From: Methanosphaera stadtmanae DSM 3091
GTDB lineage: Archaea; Methanobacteriota; Methanobacteria; Methanobacteriales; Methanobacteriaceae
NCBI RefSeq assembly: GCF_000012545.1
Contig: NC_007681.1
Span: 570,001 to 602,000, forward strand
Reading direction: 5' to 3'
DNA: 32,000 nt
Shown: one piece after another, positions 28,137 through 32,000 of the stretch
Numbering within the stretch: position 1 is the stretch's first letter
How the letters are laid out: each line of letters opens with the position of its first letter
Program-made: the position numbers and the translations under genes
The notes under the pieces: generated by a model
Told to the model about the DNA's origin: nothing
Seen by the model: the letters and a program-made list of their open reading frames with translations, nothing else
Databases searched by the model: none

Positions 28137-28787
28137 TTGATTAACATGGATTTAAATTTTGATTTTACAGAAAAAAGAATAATAATTACGTCCTTTTTCT
28201 GTGTAGCATTCATAATTGCAAATCTTATCACAGTTAAAATAATTGATGTTAACTTTTTAGGTATGCAAACTCCTGCTGGAGTACTTATATATCCATTAAT
28301 TTATATTTTAACCAATGTGATTACGAATGTTTACGGAGAAAAGGCAGCACAGAGAACATTAATTTTAGGTATTGCAACAAATGTTTTATTTGTATTTATG
28401 ACAACATTAATACTAGTATTACCATCACCTAGTTTTTATACTGGTGATTCAAGTCTAGCATTTGTATTTACACAAACTCCTAGAATACTTATAGCATCAT
28501 ACTTCAGTTATCTTATGGGTAACTTAACAACTGCAAAACTCACAACTATTGTAAATAAGGGTAATTCTTTATTACGTGTGAAAAACCTTGGTGCTATTTT
28601 CACTGGTGAATTAGTTGATAACATAATATTCATTGGTCTATCATTTATTGGAACTGTGGCTATTGTGGATGTTGTAATAATGATATTCAGTCACTGGATT
28701 ATTAGTATTGTATGGAACATAATTGCTCAACCATTTACTGAAAAAGTAACATCTTGGGCAAAGAAAGGAAAAGTTGAAGAAATATAA
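28137..28787 (+). CDS. YhhQ/VUT (DUF165) family queuosine/archaeosine-precursor transporter
   Basis: 216 aa, polytopic. VLIYPLIYILTNVITNVYGEKAAQRTLILG matches the conserved YhhQ-family motif (FP..F...D...E.YG...A). The track start is TTG at 28137; ATG at 28146 (MDLNFDF) is the alternative. Confidence 0.75.
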   Translation: MINMDLNFDFTEKRIIITSFFCVAFIIANLITVKIIDVNFLGMQTPAGVLIYPLIYILTNVITNVYGEKAAQRTLILGIATNVLFVFMTTLILVLPSPSFYTGDSSLAFVFTQTPRILIASYFSYLMGNLTTAKLTTIVNKGNSLLRVKNLGAIFTGELVDNIIFIGLSFIGTVAIVDVVIMIFSHWIISIVWNIIAQPFTEKVTSWAKKGKVEEI

Positions 28788-28827
28788 AACTTTTTCCTTC
28801 TTTTTTTTAATAAAAAAAATAGTTTTT

Positions 28828-29289
28828 TTAATTTAAGGTTACATTACCTACATATATTGCATTTTCTGGATTAGATGAAAAGGCACTGTCAAATATGTAA
28901 ATTTCAGCTCTTGTAGGAGTTGTACTTGAACTACTTGTTGTAGCAGTACCAGAAACTTTAATTAACTGGTCTTTTGTAGGATTATTTATATTCCATACAA
29001 GAGGACTTTTACCTATAACAGCATTATTAGAATCATAGAATATAACCTGCATCTCTAAATAATCATAATCTATTTTTGGTGTTAAATCACATGAAACTGT
29101 ATACATGGAATAACCTTCACTAACAATAGAAATATCAGATACTTCTAAATTATTAGATATGTTATTACTATTATTTTGATTAGAAGTATTAACAGTGTTG
29201 GTTGAACTTATCAATGAAAATAAACCTACAACAGCAACACATATTACTATTAATCCAATAGTTAATGCAAATACATTTTTTTCTCGCAT
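28828..29289 (-). CDS. MREKN-anchored secreted/surface protein with an N/S-rich linker and an FxLYD-like beta domain
   Basis: 153 aa. MREKNVFALTIGLIVICVAVVGLF anchor, then STNTVNTSNQNNSNNISNN, then a beta-rich domain with MQVIFYDSNNAVIG (FxLYD-like; tentative). Confidence 0.6.
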   Translation of the reverse strand: MREKNVFALTIGLIVICVAVVGLFSLISSTNTVNTSNQNNSNNISNNLEVSDISIVSEGYSMYTVSCDLTPKIDYDYLEMQVIFYDSNNAVIGKSPLVWNINNPTKDQLIKVSGTATTSSSSTTPTRAEIYIFDSAFSSNPENAIYVGNVTLN

Positions 29290-29626
29290 ATAACAAACCT
29301 CCTTTTAAATAAAAAGAAAAAAAATTCTTTTAATATGTATATTATATTATGTTGTTACGTATTAATTAATTTTATTAGATTAAATTCATTTTATAACAAA
29401 CAATATAAAAAAAGAAAGATATTTCTCACTAAAAATAAATCAAGATATTACAAATCATTTTAATGGGTTTTACATCAAACAAGTATATAATCAAGATATT
29501 TCTATAAATAGCAATAATTTTAAATACTTATTTTAATACAATAAAATTAAATAATACTACTTAATAAACTATAAATTATAATATAAAGTTATTAAAACTT
29601 TTATAAAAAATAGTAAGGAGAAAATT

Positions 29627-30037
29627 ATGAGAGAAAAGAATATTTTAATTATAGTTATAGGAATTATAGTTGTATGTAGTTTAGTAGTAGGTGTGGGCAT
29701 GTTATTAACTAATAATACAACACAAGAGAATAATACCACAGTAAATAATACTACTTCTAATATAACAATGAATAATACTACTAGTAATCAAACACCAAAC
29801 ACGACAGATACCAAAGTAACATCACAACAAGATAATACTCAAAAACAACAAACTACCTCTAAAAAGTCCACATCAAATAAAGACAGCACGCCTACAAAAG
29901 GAACATATAAAGGAGTAGAATATGAATTACCTGATAAATATCCATACTACAGTCCACAGGCAGGAAAAACATATCATAATAAAAAAGAAGCATATAAAGA
30001 TATGAAAGATGCAATAGATGGCGGAATTGCAGATTAA
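29627..30037 (+). CDS. MREKN-anchored Asn/Thr-rich protein
   Basis: 136 aa. MREKNILIIVIGIIVVCSLVVGVGMLL anchor, paralogous to the divergent neighbour. Then NNTTQENNTTVNNTTSNITMNNTTSNQTPNTTD. AAGGAG Shine-Dalgarno sequence at about 29613-29618. Confidence 0.65.
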   Translation: MREKNILIIVIGIIVVCSLVVGVGMLLTNNTTQENNTTVNNTTSNITMNNTTSNQTPNTTDTKVTSQQDNTQKQQTTSKKSTSNKDSTPTKGTYKGVEYELPDKYPYYSPQAGKTYHNKKEAYKDMKDAIDGGIAD

Positions 30038-30186
30038 ATGTATATGATGGATTAATATTCCATCTTATTAAGTATTTTTTACTACTTAAAATATTAAGTC
30101 TCAATAATCAACATATTTAAGTTTATATTAATAGAAAATAAGTATTTTTTTTTAAAAAGAGAAAATTTAGTTAAGGAGGTTATGAT

Positions 30187-32000
30187 TTATCTTTTAAGAT
30201 TTTTAACCTCTTGTGTAAATAGTGCTAGAACTTCTTCTTCTAATCCTTCTACGAATTTTAAAGATCCAGCTACTTCATGGCCTCCACCATCTGCTCCAGC
30301 TTGTGGAATTTCTTCTTGTATTTTAGTAATTACATCGTTTAAGTTAAATTCAAACTCATTTTTAATTACTTCTGTTGCTCTTAGAACAGCAAAGTCTGGA
30401 CCATTTGCAAGGGTCATTATTGGTTTGTCTTCTCCTTTTTCTTGTACTAATTTATCATGTACATATCCTGTTGTTTTTCCAGGTGCAGGATATGTGAATT
30501 TATGTGCATATTTTTCAACATCTAATCTGTTGAATTGTATACCATTATCAAAGTATTCTGTTTCAACATTTGGTAGGGCTGCTTTAAGTTGTGTTTCAAC
30601 TCTTTTATCTGATTCTGTTATTAGTACATCTAGTAATTCTTCTTGACGTTGTTTATCTTCAAGACCTAATATTGTGTTCATTACACCTCTTCCATTCATG
30701 AATCTTAGGAAATATGCTTCAAAGTCTACACATGTAGCTACTTTATCAAGATCATCTCTTGTGTATCCTTCTTCTTCAGCTATTTTAAGGTATTGATCTA
30801 CTTCCATACATTCTGCATGGTCTCCTACTGCTGCAATTCCAGGGAAGTGTCTTATTTTATCTCTTACATCAGGGTTTATCATTCCTGCTAGTTCTACAGC
30901 TAGTGCTCCTGCTGTAAGTTGTGAATCTCCACCTACAAGGTATGGGTTTACATGTATATCTACATAGTTATCTATTAGTGCTCGTCCATTTTCTACTTCT
31001 CCTGGGTAGTGATGGTCTACTACTACAGATTCTATTCCATATACTTTTGAATGTCTAAGTGCTGCTACATCTTCTTCTGTTGATCCATTATCTAGTAATA
31101 CTAGTAATGGTAGTTTTTGTCCATGTCTTTCCATATCTTCTAGTGCATAGGATAGATCTTTTACTACATCTTCTAGTTCATAGAATGGTGCTTTACTAGG
31201 GGATCGTTTGAAAAAGTGCCATTCTGCATCTGCATCATTACTTTCCTCTCTTAGTATTGGTAGTACTGCTTGTTCTACTGCTATTCCTGCACATATTCCA
31301 TCTGCATCTGCATGATGTCTTACTAGTATTGATCTTCCATCAAGTATTGCTCTTCTTATTGCTTTTGCTGCTTCTGCAAGTTTTGGTCTTAGTTTGTTTA
31401 AAACTTCACTGTTTTCTATCATTACTGATGTATCTGTAGGTTGTGCTTTTTGGTCTATTGATTTATCTATTAGTTCTTTGAGTTTTTCTTCTTCTGTTTT
31501 GTCTAGTTTTTCAATGGTTTCTGATTCTATTTGTATTTTTCCACCATGTATTGATACTTCTCCAAGTATTTCTACTACATCATCTACTTCTAGTTCTGGA
31601 TACATTCGAACTCCAGGTTCATTGAATGCTGCAGACCATGTTATATCTGTTTCATCTCTTATTGTGAATATTGTTGGTCCACTTGTTTGTTGTATTTGTA
31701 TGATTTCTCCTTGTATTGCTACGTTTCTTCCTAGGTTGTCCTCTGATAAGTCGCCTATTTTTGTTCTTTTAACATTTCTTTTTACTGTTTTTGTTTCGTA
31801 GTCATTACCGTATTTTATTTTTGAGTAGCTTAAATCAACATCCATTTTTCCTTTATGTGGTTTTATTTCTGCTATTTTAACTACTATCTTGTTTCCTACT
31901 TTTTCTTTAGGATTTCGTGTTCTTAGAAGTCCATAAACACTTTTACTTAGACTTACAAAGAATCCGTATTTTTCTACTCTGGTAATAACACCTTCATAGT
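30187..32000 (-). CDS. RecJ-like DHH-family phosphoesterase/nuclease with N-terminal S1 and OB-fold domains; 5' end lies beyond the window
   Basis: DHH motifs are present: VRHHADADGICAG, VLLDNGS, VVVDHHYPG, and the DHHA1-type GGGHEVAGS. An OB-like segment reads NVAIQGEIIQIQQTSGPTIFTIRDE...VEILGEV. The frame stays open upstream of the track ATG (31845) to the window end, encoding an S1-like fold (YEGVITRVEKYGFFVSLSKSVYGLLRTRNPKEKVGNKIVVKIAEIKPHKGK). Confidence 0.85.
   Translation of the reverse strand, partial: YEGVITRVEKYGFFVSLSKSVYGLLRTRNPKEKVGNKIVVKIAEIKPHKGKMDVDLSYSKIKYGNDYETKTVKRNVKRTKIGDLSEDNLGRNVAIQGEIIQIQQTSGPTIFTIRDETDITWSAAFNEPGVRMYPELEVDDVVEILGEVSIHGGKIQIESETIEKLDKTEEEKLKELIDKSIDQKAQPTDTSVMIENSEVLNKLRPKLAEAAKAIRRAILDGRSILVRHHADADGICAGIAVEQAVLPILREESNDADAEWHFFKRSPSKAPFYELEDVVKDLSYALEDMERHGQKLPLLVLLDNGSTEEDVAALRHSKVYGIESVVVDHHYPGEVENGRALIDNYVDIHVNPYLVGGDSQLTAGALAVELAGMINPDVRDKIRHFPGIAAVGDHAECMEVDQYLKIAEEEGYTRDDLDKVATCVDFEAYFLRFMNGRGVMNTILGLEDKQRQEELLDVLITESDKRVETQLKAALPNVETEYFDNGIQFNRLDVEKYAHKFTYPAPGKTTGYVHDKLVQEKGEDKPIMTLANGPDFAVLRATEVIKNEFEFNLNDVITKIQEEIPQAGADGGGHEVAGSLKFVEGLEEEVLALFTQEVKNLKR

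Noticed and set aside
30050-30068. Inverted repeat gatgga-ttaatat-tccatc followed by T-rich sequence downstream of the 136-aa gene, considered as a terminator
   Set aside because: It is plausible, but the 6-bp stem is weak and archaeal termination relies mainly on oligo-T. I did not list it as a feature because support is minimal.
30182-31801. Plus-strand ORFs 30182..30646, 31257..31439 and 31394..31801, and minus-strand ORF 29892..30104
   Set aside because: The first three are antisense to the RecJ-like gene, which has unmistakable DHH/DHHA1 motifs. 29892..30104 is antisense to the 3' end of the 136-aa gene and extends into the intergenic spacer, with an implausible sequence.
1-32000. tRNA, rRNA and CRISPR arrays
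   Set aside because: In this AT-rich background, structured RNAs would stand out as GC-rich islands of 70 nt or more, and none is visible. No short direct repeats recur with regular spacing.

Overview
A visibly AT-rich archaeal window. Gene content, GGAGGTGA-type ribosome-binding sites and composition suggest Methanobacteriales (Methanosphaera/Methanobrevibacter type); this is inference, not a database hit. Nearly all genes are on the minus strand. Three housekeeping blocks are present: (a) a NADAR-like partial ORF, hom, a stand-alone ACT protein, a GatC-like ORF and an asnB-like gene; (b) nth, aroA and valS; (c) a YhhQ-type transporter and a RecJ-like DHH nuclease that runs off the right edge. 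An accessory glycan-synthesis island interrupts them. It holds five very large glycosyltransferases with no visible TM segment (1510, 836, 878, 817 and 736 aa), carrying about 15 GT-like modules by my motif reading, plus a 226-aa coiled-coil protein. The observations most worth a second look are: (1) an N-terminal tandem-repeat module shared by three of the GTs; (2) an 81-nt inverted repeat, 80/81 identical, inside two of those modules about 11.6 kb apart; (3) a giant-GT start codon that sits in the middle of a repeat unit, preceded by 73 in-frame codons with no start codon; (4) tandem paralogous GTs with permuted, motif-degenerate modules; (5) an A7 homopolymer frameshift inside a small-protein operon; (6) a Cys-to-His change in the Fe-S ligand motif of Nth; (7) divergent paralogous MREKN-anchored Asn/Thr-rich proteins. 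I found no tRNA, rRNA, CRISPR array, transposase or integrase. All domain calls come from reading motifs by eye; no HMM or BLAST search was possible.
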